A stretch of 64,000 nt of DNA from Escherichia coli. GTDB lineage: Bacteria > Pseudomonadota > Gammaproteobacteria > Enterobacterales > Enterobacteriaceae. Positions 38,107-53,134 of this stretch are shown piece after piece. The notes beneath the pieces were generated by a model, which did no database searches, was not told the DNA's origin, and saw only the letters and a program-made list of their open reading frames with translations. Made by a program: the position numbers and the translations under genes. The stretch lies in assembly GCF_013122565.1 (NCBI RefSeq), contig NZ_CP053258.1; one strand, written 5' to 3'. Every line of letters begins with the position of its first letter. Position 1 is the stretch's first letter.

Positions 38107-38649
38107 TTACCCGAGGGTTTTGAACGCTTTAATGCGCTGTAAATGCGGGGAGATATTCTTGAATTTGTGCGTCTGCTCTTCGTCCCAGACAATCTCGTAA
38201 TAATGATGCAACTCTTCAGATGTCCGCTGGCTGTTAAGCGCTTCATCATTACGCGACAAAATCACCAGGCAACGATCGCGATTCTTCTCACGGAAGTTGG
38301 TCACACACTTAGTGGCAATATCGGCATACTCTTCCGGGCGATCAATCTTGCCTTCCATGTTCTCATAAGGGAACAAATTAGGGTTGAAGATCACCTGGCG
38401 GATGTCGCAAAGAAAACCAATCCGTTCCGCCCAGTATCCGCCCAGGCCAACGCCGCAAATTAGCGGACGCTCGTCAACGTTCAGTTGCAACATTTTGTCC
38501 ACTTCTTTAAGCAGATGCTGCATATCATGTTTCGGATGTCGCGTACTGTAGCTTATCAAGCGTACATCCGGGTCAATAAACTGCAATTGTAAGACTTTCT
38601 CGTGGTTACCCGGACTGTTAGAGTCAAAACCGTGTAAATAGATAATCAT
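38107..38649 (-). CDS. ycfP: UPF0227 esterase-like protein YcfP
   Basis: ORF track 38107-38706; conserved start [32 protein letters not shown] at 38649 (180 aa). Confidence 0.87.
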
Positions 38650-38671
38650 CGCTTCCTCACATAAGCCAGGG

Positions 38672-40512
<1,841 letters not shown>

Positions 40513-40532
<20 letters not shown>

Positions 40533-41154
40533 CTTTACCTGACCAGATAATTTCGCCCGTCTGCACCAGCATCAGCTGCATTTGTAGGGTCGGAGCGTTA
40601 ACGTTGCCAGAGGCGCTGGAGTACAGCACGTAATGAGCGCCGACATTGCGGGCAATGCCTATGGCTTTACTACGGGTGCCTAAACTATCCTGCGGCGACA
40701 AACCTAACTGTTGCTTAGCCATCGACAGTTGCTGGGCGGAAACCAGGGTAAATTTCCCGTTATTAGCCAGCGCATTTCGCAGCGTTTCGGTCGCTTCTGC
40801 GGCATTCAGCGAACCGTTAGTACGGTTGTTAACGCTATCAACCAGCAGGACGCTACCCGCAGTCACCCCGTCAGCCCCAAGCATCTTACTGACCATCGGC
40901 TGCATTGCGCCATTCCAGTCATAATGGCGAATATGCGGCGCAGGCGGTGCCGTTTGATCTTCGTGCTCAATTGGGCCTGGCTGCTGCGGGATCGTCGGCA
41001 CCGAGGGCACTGTGGGGACAGGCTGTTGTGGCTCGGCTGGTTGTTCCGGCGCTGGTTTCACTTCTTCTACCGGTGCAGGTTCACGTTGCCCCACACACCC
41101 GGCGAGAAACATCCCCAGCGCAGTAATCAAGGCGTAGCGACTCATTTTTGTCAT
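40513..41154 (-). CDS. lpoB: PBP1b activator lipoprotein LpoB (YcfM)
   Basis: ORF track 40513-41157 ([24 protein letters not shown]...); lipobox LAGC; start taken at the second Met. Confidence 0.9.
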
Positions 41155-41167
41155 CAAGATTCACCCC

Positions 41168-41545
41168 TTACAAATATAGATAAAGTCTGACTTTGTGCGC
41201 CCCCAGAAAATTGGCGCTGCCGTACAGCGTTACTGCCGAATGTGCGGGAATGGTAACGCTGCGTGGCCTTTCCAGAGGATGCATCTCCAGCCCTCTGGCG
41301 TCATACCAGTAAAAACGATAATGAACGGTAACGGGTTCTTGCCTTTCGTTATAAAGCGTTGAGGATGCTGAAGGTTGAATATCAGACGTCGAAAGGACGG
41401 GCTTTTCTGCACTGATGCCCGCAGCCAATAAAGATGACTCCATCACCAGCGATTGCTCATCATTCACCGGAATTTCCGGATGTGAACGACAGCCCACCAG
41501 CAGTAACAACGCCAGAGACACCAGCCCAAAGCATCCTTTTCTCAT
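41168..41545 (-). CDS. ycfL: Lipoprotein YcfL
   Basis: 125-aa ORF MRKGCFGLVSLALLLLVGCRSHPEIPVNDEQ... with lipobox. Confidence 0.85.
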   Translation of the reverse strand: MRKGCFGLVSLALLLLVGCRSHPEIPVNDEQSLVMESSLLAAGISAEKPVLSTSDIQPSASSTLYNERQEPVTVHYRFYWYDARGLEMHPLERPRSVTIPAHSAVTLYGSANFLGAHKVRLYLYL

Positions 41546-41547
41546 CG

Positions 41548-41907
41548 TTACAGACCTTTATGCGCCAGCATTGGTCCCAGCGGACGGCCACCCAACAAGT
41601 GCATATGGATGTGGTAAACCTCTTGTCCGCCATGGCGGTTGGTGTTCATGATCAGACGATAGCCATCTTCGGCAATACCTTCTTGCTCAGCAATTTTTGC
41701 CGCTACGGTGATCATGCGTCCCAGCGCCTGCTCATGCTCAGCTGACACGTCGTTCACAGTCGGAATGAGGATATTCGGAATGATCAGAATATGCGTTGGC
41801 GCTTGCGGCGAAATATCGCGAAACGCCGTTACCAGATCATCCTGGTAGACGATATCGGAGGGGATCTCACGACGAATAATTTTGCTGAATATAGTTTCTT
41901 CTGCCAC
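41548..41907 (-). CDS. hinT: Purine nucleoside phosphoramidase HinT (HIT family)
   Basis: ORF track 41548-41925; conserved GTG start at 41907 (119 aa); histidine-triad HIHMHLL. Confidence 0.9.
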   Translation of the reverse strand: MAEETIFSKIIRREIPSDIVYQDDLVTAFRDISPQAPTHILIIPNILIPTVNDVSAEHEQALGRMITVAAKIAEQEGIAEDGYRLIMNTNRHGGQEVYHIHMHLLGGRPLGPMLAHKGL

Positions 41908-42240
41908 GACATTTTCCTTTTTCAAATAGCCATGCGTTGCGCCATGCTACGCCGCGCCACACTGCGAGTATAGAGTATGGTCGAGTTAAACCTGCTCTTT
42001 CAACCTTAACTCACGATTTCTTAAGCAAAAAATCGTTTTGCTGCCGTATATATCGCCATTATTCCCATTTCTGCCTGCGAATGCGCTGAAAAGACATTCT
42101 CTGTTTGGTTTACACACCAAATATGAATGCGTATATTTCTCATTTGCATTTACATGCAAAACTATTCGCACACTAAATATAACCGCTCATCACCCTGCTC
42201 CAGCATGAGCCTGACGACAACATAAACCAAGAGATTTCAA

Positions 42241-44430
42241 ATGTTTTCGACACAATTTAACAGGGATAATCAATATCAAGCCATCACCAAACCGTCACTA
42301 CTTGCCGGTTGCATAGCACTGGCACTATTACCTTCTGCCGCTTTTGCCGCTCCAGCCACTGAAGAAACGGTGATTGTTGAGGGTTCAGCCACTACTCCAG
42401 ATGATGGCGAAAATGATTACAGCGTAACGTCTACCTCTGCGGGTACCAAAATGCAGATGACTCAACGTGATATTCCTCAGTCGGTCACTATTGTTAGCCA
42501 GCAGCGGATGGAAGATCAGCAGTTACAAACGCTGGGCGAAGTGATGGAAAACACGCTGGGGATCAGCAAAAGTCAGGCGGATTCCGATCGTGCTCTTTAT
42601 TATTCCCGCGGATTCCAGATCGATAACTATATGGTTGATGGTATCCCCACCTATTTTGAATCGCGCTGGAATCTGGGCGACGCACTTTCTGATATGGCAC
42701 TTTTTGAACGCGTAGAAGTAGTGCGTGGCGCGACAGGACTCATGACCGGGACGGGTAATCCATCTGCGGCAATTAATATGGTTCGAAAACACGCGACCAG
42801 TCGTGAATTTAAAGGCGATGTCTCGGCGGAATACGGTAGCTGGAACAAAGAACGGTATGTGGCGGATTTACAAAGCCCACTCACCGAAGATGGTAAAATC
42901 CGCGCGCGAATTGTCGGCGGCTACCAGAATAACGACTCATGGCTGGACCGCTACAACAGTGAAAAGACCTTCTTCTCCGGCATTGTCGATGCTGATTTAG
43001 GCGATCTTACGACGCTTTCAGCCGGTTACGAATATCAGCGCATTGATGTTAATAGCCCTACCTGGGGCGGTTTACCGCGCTGGAATACTGATGGCAGCGG
43101 CAACAGTTACGATCGCGCGCGCAGTACCGCACCTGACTGGGCGTATAACGATAAAGAGATCAACAAGGTCTTTATGACCCTCAAGCAGCGGTTTGCTGAT
43201 ACCTGGCAAGCGACACTGAATGCCACCCACTCCGAAGTCGAATTTGACAGCAAAATGATGTATGTCGATGCCTATGTAAATAAAGCGGATGGTATGCTGG
43301 TTGGGCCATACAGTAATTATGGACCTGGTTTTGATTATGTCGGCGGCACCGGTTGGAACAGCGGCAAACGTAAAGTTGATGCGCTGGATTTGTTCGCTGA
43401 CGGTAGTTATGAATTGTTTGGTCGTCAGCACAATCTAATGTTTGGTGGCAGTTACAGCAAACAAAACAATCGTTACTTCAGTTCATGGGCCAATATTTTC
43501 CCGGATGAAATTGGCAGTTTCTACAACTTTAATGGCAATTTCCCACAAACCGACTGGTCACCACAGAGCCTGGCGCAGGACGATACCACACATATGAAAT
43601 CGTTATATGCTGCGACTCGTGTCACCCTTGCCGATCCGCTGCATCTGATCCTCGGCGCACGTTATACCAACTGGCGGGTTGATACGCTGACTTACAGCAT
43701 GGAGAAAAACCACACCACGCCTTACGCTGGTCTGGTGTTTGACATCAATGACAACTGGTCGACCTACGCCAGCTATACCTCTATTTTCCAGCCGCAAAAT
43801 GATCGTGACAGTTCAGGCAAATATCTGGCTCCAATCACCGGTAACAACTACGAGCTGGGTCTGAAATCGGACTGGATGAATAGCCGTCTGACCACCACGT
43901 TAGCCATCTTCCGTATTGAGCAGGATAATGTTGCTCAGTCCACCGGTACACCTATCCCCGGCAGCAACGGCGAAACCGCCTATAAAGCGGTGGATGGGAC
44001 AGTCAGTAAAGGTGTGGAATTTGAACTCAACGGCGCAATTACCGACAACTGGCAGCTGACGTTTGGCGCAACGCGCTATATTGCAGAGGATAACGAAGGA
44101 AACGCCGTTAATCCTAATCTGCCACGCACCACGGTTAAAATGTTCACCAGCTACCGGTTGCCTGTCATGCCAGAGTTGACGGTCGGCGGTGGTGTTAACT
44201 GGCAAAATCGCGTGTATACCGACACCGTGACACCGTATGGCACCTTCCGCGCCGAGCAAGGTAGCTACGCGCTGGTGGATCTCTTCACCCGCTACCAGGT
44301 GACGAAAAACTTCTCGTTACAGGGGAACGTCAATAACCTGTTCGACAAAACCTACGATACCAACGTGGAAGGTTCTATCGTCTACGGCGCACCGCGTAAT
44401 TTCAGCATTACCGGCACGTATCAATTCTGA
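42241..44430 (+). CDS. fhuE: TonB-dependent outer-membrane receptor FhuE (ferric coprogen / rhodotorulic acid)
   Basis: 729-aa ORF with signal peptide and C-terminal ...FSITGTYQF. Confidence 0.95.
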   Translation: MFSTQFNRDNQYQAITKPSLLAGCIALALLPSAAFAAPATEETVIVEGSATTPDDGENDYSVTSTSAGTKMQMTQRDIPQSVTIVSQQRMEDQQLQTLGEVMENTLGISKSQADSDRALYYSRGFQIDNYMVDGIPTYFESRWNLGDALSDMALFERVEVVRGATGLMTGTGNPSAAINMVRKHATSREFKGDVSAEYGSWNKERYVADLQSPLTEDGKIRARIVGGYQNNDSWLDRYNSEKTFFSGIVDADLGDLTTLSAGYEYQRIDVNSPTWGGLPRWNTDGSGNSYDRARSTAPDWAYNDKEINKVFMTLKQRFADTWQATLNATHSEVEFDSKMMYVDAYVNKADGMLVGPYSNYGPGFDYVGGTGWNSGKRKVDALDLFADGSYELFGRQHNLMFGGSYSKQNNRYFSSWANIFPDEIGSFYNFNGNFPQTDWSPQSLAQDDTTHMKSLYAATRVTLADPLHLILGARYTNWRVDTLTYSMEKNHTTPYAGLVFDINDNWSTYASYTSIFQPQNDRDSSGKYLAPITGNNYELGLKSDWMNSRLTTTLAIFRIEQDNVAQSTGTPIPGSNGETAYKAVDGTVSKGVEFELNGAITDNWQLTFGATRYIAEDNEGNAVNPNLPRTTVKMFTSYRLPVMPELTVGGGVNWQNRVYTDTVTPYGTFRAEQGSYALVDLFTRYQVTKNFSLQGNVNNLFDKTYDTNVEGSIVYGAPRNFSITGTYQF

Positions 44431-44440
44431 ATAACACCTG

Positions 44441-44470
44441 TAAAAAAGGCAGCCATCCGGCTGCCTTAGT
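44441..44470. terminator. Bidirectional terminator between convergent fhuE and ptsG
   Basis: taaaaa-aggcagcc-atcc-ggctgcct hairpin; U-run on the minus strand serves ptsG. Confidence 0.65.
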
Positions 44471-44489
44471 CTCCCCAACGTCTTACGGA

Positions 44490-45923
44490 TTAGTGGTTAC
44501 GGATGTACTCATCCATCTCGGTTTTCAGGTTATCGGATTTAGTACCGAAAATCGCCTGAACACCAGAACCAGCAACCACTACGCCCGCTGCGCCCAGTTT
44601 CTTCAGGCCAGCCTGATCCACTTTTGACACATCAGCAACGCTGACGCGCAGACGGGTAATACATGCGTCGAGGTTAGTAATGTTTTCTTTACCACCAAAT
44701 GCAGCAACCAGAGCCGGTGCCATTTCGCTGGTACCTGTCGCTTTTGCATCATCAGTCGCGTCTTCACGACCCGGCGTTTTCAGATCCAGTGCTTTAATCA
44801 GTACACGGAAGATGGTGTAGTAAACAATCGCATAACCGATACCGACGATCGGGAACAGCCACAGTTTGCTGCTGTTACCAGACAGAACGATGAAGTCGAT
44901 CAGACCGTGCGAGAACGACGTACCGTCACGCATCCCCAGAAGAATACAGATTGGGAATGCCAGGCCTGCCAGAATCGCGTGGATGATGTACAGGATCGGC
45001 GCAACGAACATGAAGGAGAACTCGATCGGCTCGGTGATACCGGTCAGGAACGAGGTCAGCGCCGCGGAGATCATAATACCGCCCACTTTCGCGCGGTTTT
45101 CTGGTTTAGCAGAGTGCCAGATAGCAATTGCGGCAGCTGGCAGACCGTACATTTTGAACAGGAAGCCACCAGACAGTTTACCCGCAGTTGGGTCACCCGC
45201 CATATAACGCGGAATGTCGCCGTGGAAAACCTGACCTGCTGCGTTGGTGTATTCACCAATCTGCATCTGGAAAGGTACGTTCCAGATGTGGTGCAGACCA
45301 AACGGTACCAGGCAACGTTCGATGAAACCGTAAATGCCAAACGCAACTACCGGGTTCTGGTAAGCAGCCCACTGAGAGAAGGTCTGGATTGCAGAACCAA
45401 TCGGCGGCCAAATGAAGGACAGCACAACGCCAGTAAAGATGGCAGCCAGGCCAGAAATGATCGGCACAAAGCGTTTACCGGCAAAGAAGCCAAGATACTC
45501 AGGCAGCTTAATACGGTAGAAACGGTTAAACATGTACGCTGCGATCGCACCGGAGATAATCCCTCCGAGTACGCCAGTATCCGCCAGGTGTTTAGAGGCG
45601 ATTTCTTCAGCAGGTAAATGCAGTACCAGTGGCGCAACCACGGCCATGGTTTTAACCATGATGCCATAGGCAACAACTGCGGCCAGCGCGGATACGCCAT
45701 CGTTATTGGTAAAGCCGAGGGCGACACCGATCGCAAAAATCAGTGGCATGTTTGCAAAGACGGAACCGCCTGCTTCTGCCATAACATGCGATACAACGGC
45801 GGGCAGCCAGCTGAAATTCGCGGAACCGACGCCCAGCAGAATACCTGCGATAGGCAGTACGGATACCGGCAGCATCAGCGATTTACCGACCTTTTGCAGG
45901 TTAGCAAATGCATTCTTAAACAT
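44490..45923 (-). CDS. ptsG: Glucose-specific PTS enzyme IICB
   Basis: 477-aa [56 protein letters not shown]...[11 protein letters not shown]. Confidence 0.97.
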
Positions 45924-46060
45924 AATTGAGAGTGCTCCTGAGTATGGGTGCTTTTTTTACGTTCTCACGCGTGGCAAGGGGGGAGAGCCTCGCCGTGTAC
46001 AGGGCATCTAAGCGCCCTTTATTTATTACACAGAGTAAAATAATTCAGTGCCAATTTGTT
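45924..46060 (-). promoter_or_regulatory. ptsG 5' UTR and promoter region (known Mlc-regulated, SgrS target); AT-rich palindrome tttatttattacacagagtaaaataa
   Basis: Position upstream of ptsG plus the NagC/Mlc-like TT-N-AA palindromic motif; boundaries approximate. Confidence 0.4.
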
Positions 46061-46217
46061 TGACGGCTATCACGTTTCAACTTCAGATCATTGGAGAAGT
46101 TGCACATTTTGACAAAACATATGTCACAATATTTCAAACGTGGTTATTCACCGCCCAATTTTCGGCGGTGAACTTTACTCGTTTTAGCCATTAATTACGA
46201 GCTTTAAAAAAACTCAT

Positions 46218-47015
46218 TCAACGGATGGATTGAAGGCGGGAAGCGTCGATGTGAAACAGACGGGCGAAGTTATCGGTGGTTACCTGCGCCAGTTCTTCAA
46301 CGGCAACACCTTTCAACACAGCCATGTATTCTGCAACGTCACGAACCATCGCAGGTTGATTCTCTTTTCCTCGATGCGGTACCGGCGCAAGGTAAGGTGA
46401 GTCAGTTTCCACCAGTAACCGATCCAGGGGGACATAACGCGCAGCATCGCGCAGTTGCTCCGCATTACGGAAGGTCACAATGCCGGAAAAGGAGATGTAA
46501 AATCCGAGATCCAGTAATTTACCCGCCGTTTCTCTGTCCTCTGTAAAACAGTGTAGTACGCCACCGCAATCCGTCACTTTTTCTTCGCGCAGAATTGCCA
46601 GCGTATCGGCGCGGGCGTCACGGGTATGGACGATAACCGGCTTGTTCAGTTCACGACCAATCTGGATATGATGAATGAAGGACTCTTGCTGACGTACTTT
46701 AGTTTCCGGTGTGTAATAATAATCCAGCCCGGTTTCACCCAGCGCTACAACACCCTCTTCTGCCGCCAGACGGCGTAAATCTTCTACATCGTAGGGATCA
46801 TTCTGGTTGAGTGGATGCACGCCACAAGAAAATACGACGTTGTCACGTTCGCCTACCAGATCCCGCATGTGTAAATAACCCGGTAACGTTGTGGCGACTG
46901 CCAGACAAAATTTCACATCGCGTGCGGCGGCTTTCGCCAGAACGTCATCCACGTCCTTATGCAAAGATTCATAATCCAGACCATCGAGATGGCAGTGTGA
47001 GTCGACTAAAAACAT
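46218..47015 (-). CDS. ycfH: TatD-family metal-dependent deoxyribonuclease YcfH
   Basis: ORF track 46218-47075; conserved start [34 protein letters not shown] at 47015 (265 aa). Confidence 0.9.
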
Positions 47016-47025
47016 GATGTCTCTC

Positions 47026-48030
47026 TTAAAGATGAGGAACCGGTAGCACAACGCCCGGTTGCAGGTAATGCTCAATACGCAGTAAAAGATCGGTGATGAG
47101 AAGCTCGCGGTTGATGCCTGTGACAGACATTAACTGTTCACGAATGTGGCAAACATCCCCCAGTATAGCCTGCAGGCGCGAGGGAGAAAGATGGTTTGCC
47201 AGTTCGGCGACAAGGCCCGGCACATCAACATTGGTCACCTGCGCAGCACCATGATGGCGTTTTAGCGCATCCATCAGCAACGTTGCCAGCCAGTGTAAAC
47301 GCGCCGGAGCTTGTTCATGATTAAGGGCCGCCAGCAGCGAATACCAGTCGCCCGATTGCACGCTATATGCCAAAGCCTGACACAATGTTTCACGAGCCTG
47401 CCAGTTATCTCCCTGAAACAACGCCAGTGCCGCGCCAGGCGAACCGGCGCTTAAGCGCAATGCGGCAAGTAATGCATCTTGTGACATTGTCACTTCGCGT
47501 GAAAGCCAGGTCACGGCGTACTGTTCCGGCGGCGGCGCAAGGTAATGTAACCGACAACGACTACGTAATGTTGCCAGTAAACGTTCTGGCTCGCGGGTAG
47601 CAAGGAAAAACCAGGTTTCTGCTGGTGGCTCTTCAAGCGTTTTCAGCAATGCGTTAGCCGCGGCGTCGGTTAGTAAGGCAGCATCGGTTACCCAGACAAC
47701 TTTCGCACCACCTAAGCGTGCGTGCTCATTCAGCTTTTCGGTGACCTCACGTACCGCATCAATGCCCAGTGTATTTTTCCCTTTTTCGGGAGCCAGGGTG
47801 TAGTAATCGGGATGCGTGCCAGCCTGCATCAACTGACATCCACGACAGTGACCGCAACTTTTGTGGCCCTGCGGTTGTTGGCAGAGTAAATAACGGCTCA
47901 GGGCGTAGATTAAAGCATCATCGCCCATGCCCGGTAACGCCTGAATGAGTAGCGCATGGTGACCTCTTCCGGCCTGATAGCTGTCTACCAGTTTTTCGAA
48001 ATCAGGTCGTAACCATGGATACCATCTCAT
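47026..48030 (-). CDS. holB: DNA polymerase III delta-prime subunit HolB
   Basis: 334-aa [55 protein letters not shown]... Confidence 0.95.
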   Translation of the reverse strand: MRWYPWLRPDFEKLVDSYQAGRGHHALLIQALPGMGDDALIYALSRYLLCQQPQGHKSCGHCRGCQLMQAGTHPDYYTLAPEKGKNTLGIDAVREVTEKLNEHARLGGAKVVWVTDAALLTDAAANALLKTLEEPPAETWFFLATREPERLLATLRSRCRLHYLAPPPEQYAVTWLSREVTMSQDALLAALRLSAGSPGAALALFQGDNWQARETLCQALAYSVQSGDWYSLLAALNHEQAPARLHWLATLLMDALKRHHGAAQVTNVDVPGLVAELANHLSPSRLQAILGDVCHIREQLMSVTGINRELLITDLLLRIEHYLQPGVVLPVPHL

Positions 48031-48668
48031 GCGTCCAACTCCTTCACCCAGTTGGTCACGGTAGTGCGGATTGCATCCATCACGGCCTCCAGCGGCTGGG
48101 TGGCATCAATGGTATGAATGCTTTTATCTTGTGCTGCCAGTTCCAGATAGCGGGCGCGGGTGCGATTAAAAAAATCGAAAGACTCTTGCTCAATACGATC
48201 CAGCTCGCCGCGCGCACGCGCGCGTTTTAAACCAACTTCCGGGGTAACATCGAGATAGAGCGTTAAGTCGGGGCGAAAATCCCCGAGAACAGCATCACGC
48301 AGTGTTGCCAGCATATGTTGGTCAATACCACGTCCGCCGCCCTGATATGCCTGAGTGGAGAGATCGTGGCGATCGCCAATCACCCAGGTGCCGTTAGCCA
48401 GCGCAGGTTTGATGACCGTTTCTACCAGCTGAACGCGCGCGGCATAAAACATCAGAACTTCGGCTTTATCGGTAATGACTTCATCGCCTACCGATTTGAT
48501 ATCCAGCACCAGGCTTCTTAACTTTTCGGCAAGTTGCGTACCGCCAGGTTCCCGAGTGAAAACCATGTCGCGGATACCCAGTTGCTCGAGCGTCTCAACC
48601 ACCACATTACGCGCGGTAGTTTTGCCTGCGCCTTCCAGCCCCTCAATGACGATATACTTACTGCGCAT
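48027..48668 (-). CDS. tmk: Thymidylate kinase
   Basis: 213-aa [54 protein letters not shown]... Confidence 0.96.
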   Translation of the reverse strand: MRSKYIVIEGLEGAGKTTARNVVVETLEQLGIRDMVFTREPGGTQLAEKLRSLVLDIKSVGDEVITDKAEVLMFYAARVQLVETVIKPALANGTWVIGDRHDLSTQAYQGGGRGIDQHMLATLRDAVLGDFRPDLTLYLDVTPEVGLKRARARGELDRIEQESFDFFNRTRARYLELAAQDKSIHTIDATQPLEAVMDAIRTTVTNWVKELDA

Positions 48669-49680
48669 TTTTTTCCTTAAGCACTTTCAGATAATCCTGC
48701 ACAGACTTGTTATGACTGGCAAGATTGGTATTAAACGTGTGACCACCTTTACCATCGGCCACAAAATAGAGATACGGCGTTTTTGCCGGATGCGCAGCAG
48801 CCTTCAGCGAATCCGCCCCCGGCGTAGCTATTGCACCTGGCGGCAAACCGGTAATGGTATAGGTGTTATACGCTGTCGGCGTTTCCAGGTCTGCACGAGA
48901 AAGTTTGCCATTATAACGCTCTCCCATCCCGTAAATCACGGTCGGGTCGGTCTGCAGGCGCATACCAATGCGTAAACGGTTGATAAATACTGAGGCAACC
49001 TGATCGCGTTCACTGGCAACGGCGGTTTCTTTTTCGATAATTGATGCCATCGTCACCAGCTGATTTTTATCTTTATAAGGCAGACCGTCCGCACGCCCTT
49101 CCCAGGCGCTATCGACCGCTTTCACCATTTTCTTGTGCGCTCGCTTGAGTAACGCGACATCGGTAGTATTGGCGGTATACATCCAGGTGTCTGGCCAGAA
49201 CCAACCTTCAATCCACTCCGGGTTTTCCAGTTCAAGTGCCTGCGCTACGGTGGCGTACTTATCGTCGCTCAGGGTGTGCTTGATATACGGAGCCTCACGC
49301 AATTGCTTGAGGTAGTCGCTCAGACGCATCCCTTCTACCAGTCGCAGCGGGAACTGTGCTTCTTTACCGCTTTCCAGCAACTTCAGCATCTCGCGCACGG
49401 TCATCTGCGGTGTAAAGCGGTAAGTCCCGGCTTTAAAGTGAGAAAGATCCGGTTCGATACGCAGCAGCCATTGAAAAACCCGTGGGCGATTGATGATCTT
49501 ATCGGCATGAAGCTGTTCACCGAGCGCCAGACGTCCGGTCCCTGGCTTCAGGGTAAATATCGTCTCTTCTTTGATAAGCAATTTGCTGTCGGCAAGATGG
49601 CGAACCTTCCAGACGCCCACACCAGCGGCGATACCCAGTACCACCAGTAATAACAAGATAATCAATAACACTTTTTTCAT
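48658..49680 (-). CDS. mltG: Endolytic murein transglycosylase MltG (YceG)
   Basis: 340-aa [54 protein letters not shown]... Confidence 0.93.
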   Translation of the reverse strand: MKKVLLIILLLLVVLGIAAGVGVWKVRHLADSKLLIKEETIFTLKPGTGRLALGEQLHADKIINRPRVFQWLLRIEPDLSHFKAGTYRFTPQMTVREMLKLLESGKEAQFPLRLVEGMRLSDYLKQLREAPYIKHTLSDDKYATVAQALELENPEWIEGWFWPDTWMYTANTTDVALLKRAHKKMVKAVDSAWEGRADGLPYKDKNQLVTMASIIEKETAVASERDQVASVFINRLRIGMRLQTDPTVIYGMGERYNGKLSRADLETPTAYNTYTITGLPPGAIATPGADSLKAAAHPAKTPYLYFVADGKGGHTFNTNLASHNKSVQDYLKVLKEKNAQ

Positions 49681-49682
49681 GA

Positions 49683-50492
49683 CTAATTCGGGCGCTCACA
49701 AAGTGGGGCTAAATATTCATATAACGATGCTGACGAAAAGGAGACATCGCCACAGGCACGTACGGGCATCACTGGCATTAACGCATTACAAATAACCATC
49801 TCATCTGCCTGCAACGCCTCCTCCAGCGAGGCTTGCACTTCGACAAGCTGATAAGAGGATTGTGCCAGTAAACGGATACAGAATTGTCGCATAATGCCGT
49901 TAACACCTGCCTGATCCAGTCGCGGCGTATAAACTACGTTGCCCTTCCGCCAGAACAAATTAGCCGCACAGCATTCCGTAACCCACCCTTCGCTGTCAAG
50001 GACCAGCGCCTCATCAGCGTTTGTCTGCTCAAGATGAGAGCGGATCAATACTTGCTCAAGCCGATTAAGATGTTTAATACCTGCAAGATGAGGATTGCGC
50101 CCCAGCCGCACCGGGCTTAGCGCCAACGTCATCCCCTCGTTACGCAAACGGTCGTAATGTGCAGGATAAGCCGTAACGGAGAGAATCCGCGTTGCCGGTC
50201 CGCTGTTCAATGTGCTGTACCCTCGCCCGCCACTACCGCGACTGATCACGACTTTCAGCACACCATTTTGCTGTTCTGCTGTCAGCGTTTTCATCTCTTG
50301 TTCAAGCTGAGGCCAGAAGTCACAGGAAATCATCAACCGCTGACAAGCATCCTGTAGTCGCTGGATATGCGCCGATAACAAACTGACTTTACCGTCGATA
50401 ACTCTGGCGGTGGTAAAACAACCATCACCAAACTGCGTTGCCCGATCGCTTACTGCCAGCGATTCCTGCTTATGACCGTTAATTAAGAACAT
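49683..50492 (-). CDS. pabC: Aminodeoxychorismate lyase PabC
   Basis: 269-aa [54 protein letters not shown]... Confidence 0.93.
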   Translation of the reverse strand: MFLINGHKQESLAVSDRATQFGDGCFTTARVIDGKVSLLSAHIQRLQDACQRLMISCDFWPQLEQEMKTLTAEQQNGVLKVVISRGSGGRGYSTLNSGPATRILSVTAYPAHYDRLRNEGMTLALSPVRLGRNPHLAGIKHLNRLEQVLIRSHLEQTNADEALVLDSEGWVTECCAANLFWRKGNVVYTPRLDQAGVNGIMRQFCIRLLAQSSYQLVEVQASLEEALQADEMVICNALMPVMPVRACGDVSFSSASLYEYLAPLCERPN

Positions 50493-50564
50493 ACCGGCTC
50501 CTTATCAGAGAATTGTTAGTGTGGCAGCATGTTCACTACGGAACAAGTCGGAATAAAAGCTAAG

Positions 50565-50590
50565 AAAAAAGGCCCGCAAGCGGACCTTTT
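50565..50590 (-). terminator. fabF rho-independent terminator
   Basis: Minus strand reads aaaaggtccgcttgcgggccttttttc about 25 nt after the fabF stop. Confidence 0.6.
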
Positions 50591-50611
50591 ATAAGGGTGG
50601 GAAATGACAAC

Positions 50612-51883
<1,272 letters not shown>

Positions 51884-51940
51884 CTAGTGGGACAAAAAGA
51901 TAAAACTCAGGCGGTCGAACGACCGCCTGGAGATGTTCAC

Positions 51941-52177
51941 TTACGCCTGGTGGCCGTTGATGTAATCAATGGCAGCCTGAACGGTGGTGATTTTCTCAGC
52001 TTCTTCGTCCGGAATCTCAGTATCAAACTCTTCTTCCAGAGCCATTACCAGCTCAACGGTGTCAAGAGAATCCGCGCCCAGGTCTTCAACGAAAGAAGCA
52101 TTGTTGGTAACTTCTTCCTGCTTAACGCCCAGCTGTTCGCCGATAATTTTCTTAACGCGTTCTTCGATAGTGCTCAT
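51941..52177 (-). CDS. acpP: Acyl carrier protein
   Basis: 78-aa [81 protein letters not shown]. Confidence 0.98.
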
Positions 52178-52387
52178 ACTCTTAAATTTCCTATCAAAAC
52201 TCGCTTTCGCGATGGTTTTCGTAGTGTATAAAATGTTGAAAAATTTGCAACTAAATCCCGGCAGGTCTTACCACGATTTTACGTTATTTTGAGGCCTTAC
52301 CCCCCAATAACGCAAATCATTTTGCACTAATTATTACTCATAACCACGCAGACTGCGCGCAACATGAGCATTTTGTGCAAATCGCGG

Positions 52388-53122
52388 TCAGACCATGTAC
52401 ATCCCGCCGTTCACATGCAAAGTTTCACCCGTGATGTAAGCTGCTTCGTCGGATGCCAGGAATGCAACCGCGTTGGCGATTTCCTGTGCGCCGCCGAGGC
52501 GACCCGCAGGAACCTGCGCCAGGATACCCGCACGCTGGTCATCGCTCAGCGCACGTGTCATGTCCGTTTCAATAAAGCCCGGAGCAACAACGTTTACAGT
52601 AATACCGCGTGACGCAACTTCGCGCGCCAGTGATTTACTGAAGCCGATCAAGCCCGCTTTCGCCGCAGCGTAGTTGGCCTGACCGCCATTTCCCATGGTA
52701 CCAACCACAGAACCGATAGTGATAATACGACCATGACGCTTTTTCATCATAGCGCGCATTACCGCTTTTGACAGACGGAAAACAGATGAAAGGTTGGTTT
52801 CGATAATATCGTTCCACTCTTCATCTTTCATTCGCATTAACAGGTTATCACGAGTGATACCGGCATTATTGACCAGGATATCCACTTCACCAAATTCTGC
52901 GCGAATTTTTTCCAGAACAGATTCGATAGATGCCGGGTCGGTCACATTCAACATCAGACCTTTGCCGTTGGCACCTAAATAATCGCTGATCGCCTGAGCG
53001 CCATTTTCACTGGTCGCAGTGCCAATAACTTTCGCGCCACGGGCTGCGAGCGTTTCAGCAATTGCGCGGCCAATTCCGCGGCTTGCACCGGTTACCAGTG
53101 CGATTTTTCCTTCAAAATTCAT
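52388..53122 (-). CDS. fabG: 3-oxoacyl-ACP reductase
   Basis: 244-aa ORF MNFEGKIALVTGASRGIGRAIAETLAARGAKVIGTATSENGAQAISDYLG... Confidence 0.97.
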   Translation of the reverse strand: MNFEGKIALVTGASRGIGRAIAETLAARGAKVIGTATSENGAQAISDYLGANGKGLMLNVTDPASIESVLEKIRAEFGEVDILVNNAGITRDNLLMRMKDEEWNDIIETNLSSVFRLSKAVMRAMMKKRHGRIITIGSVVGTMGNGGQANYAAAKAGLIGFSKSLAREVASRGITVNVVAPGFIETDMTRALSDDQRAGILAQVPAGRLGGAQEIANAVAFLASDEAAYITGETLHVNGGMYMV

Positions 53123-53134
53123 GATTTTCCTCTT

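Noticed and set aside
42100-42240. Possible Fur box in the fhuE promoter (aatatgaatgcgtatatttctcatttgcatt)
   Set aside because: fhuE is known to be iron-regulated, but the match to the 19-bp Fur consensus is too weak to call a site by eye.
44907-45617. 236-aa plus-strand ORF
   Set aside because: Antisense to ptsG.
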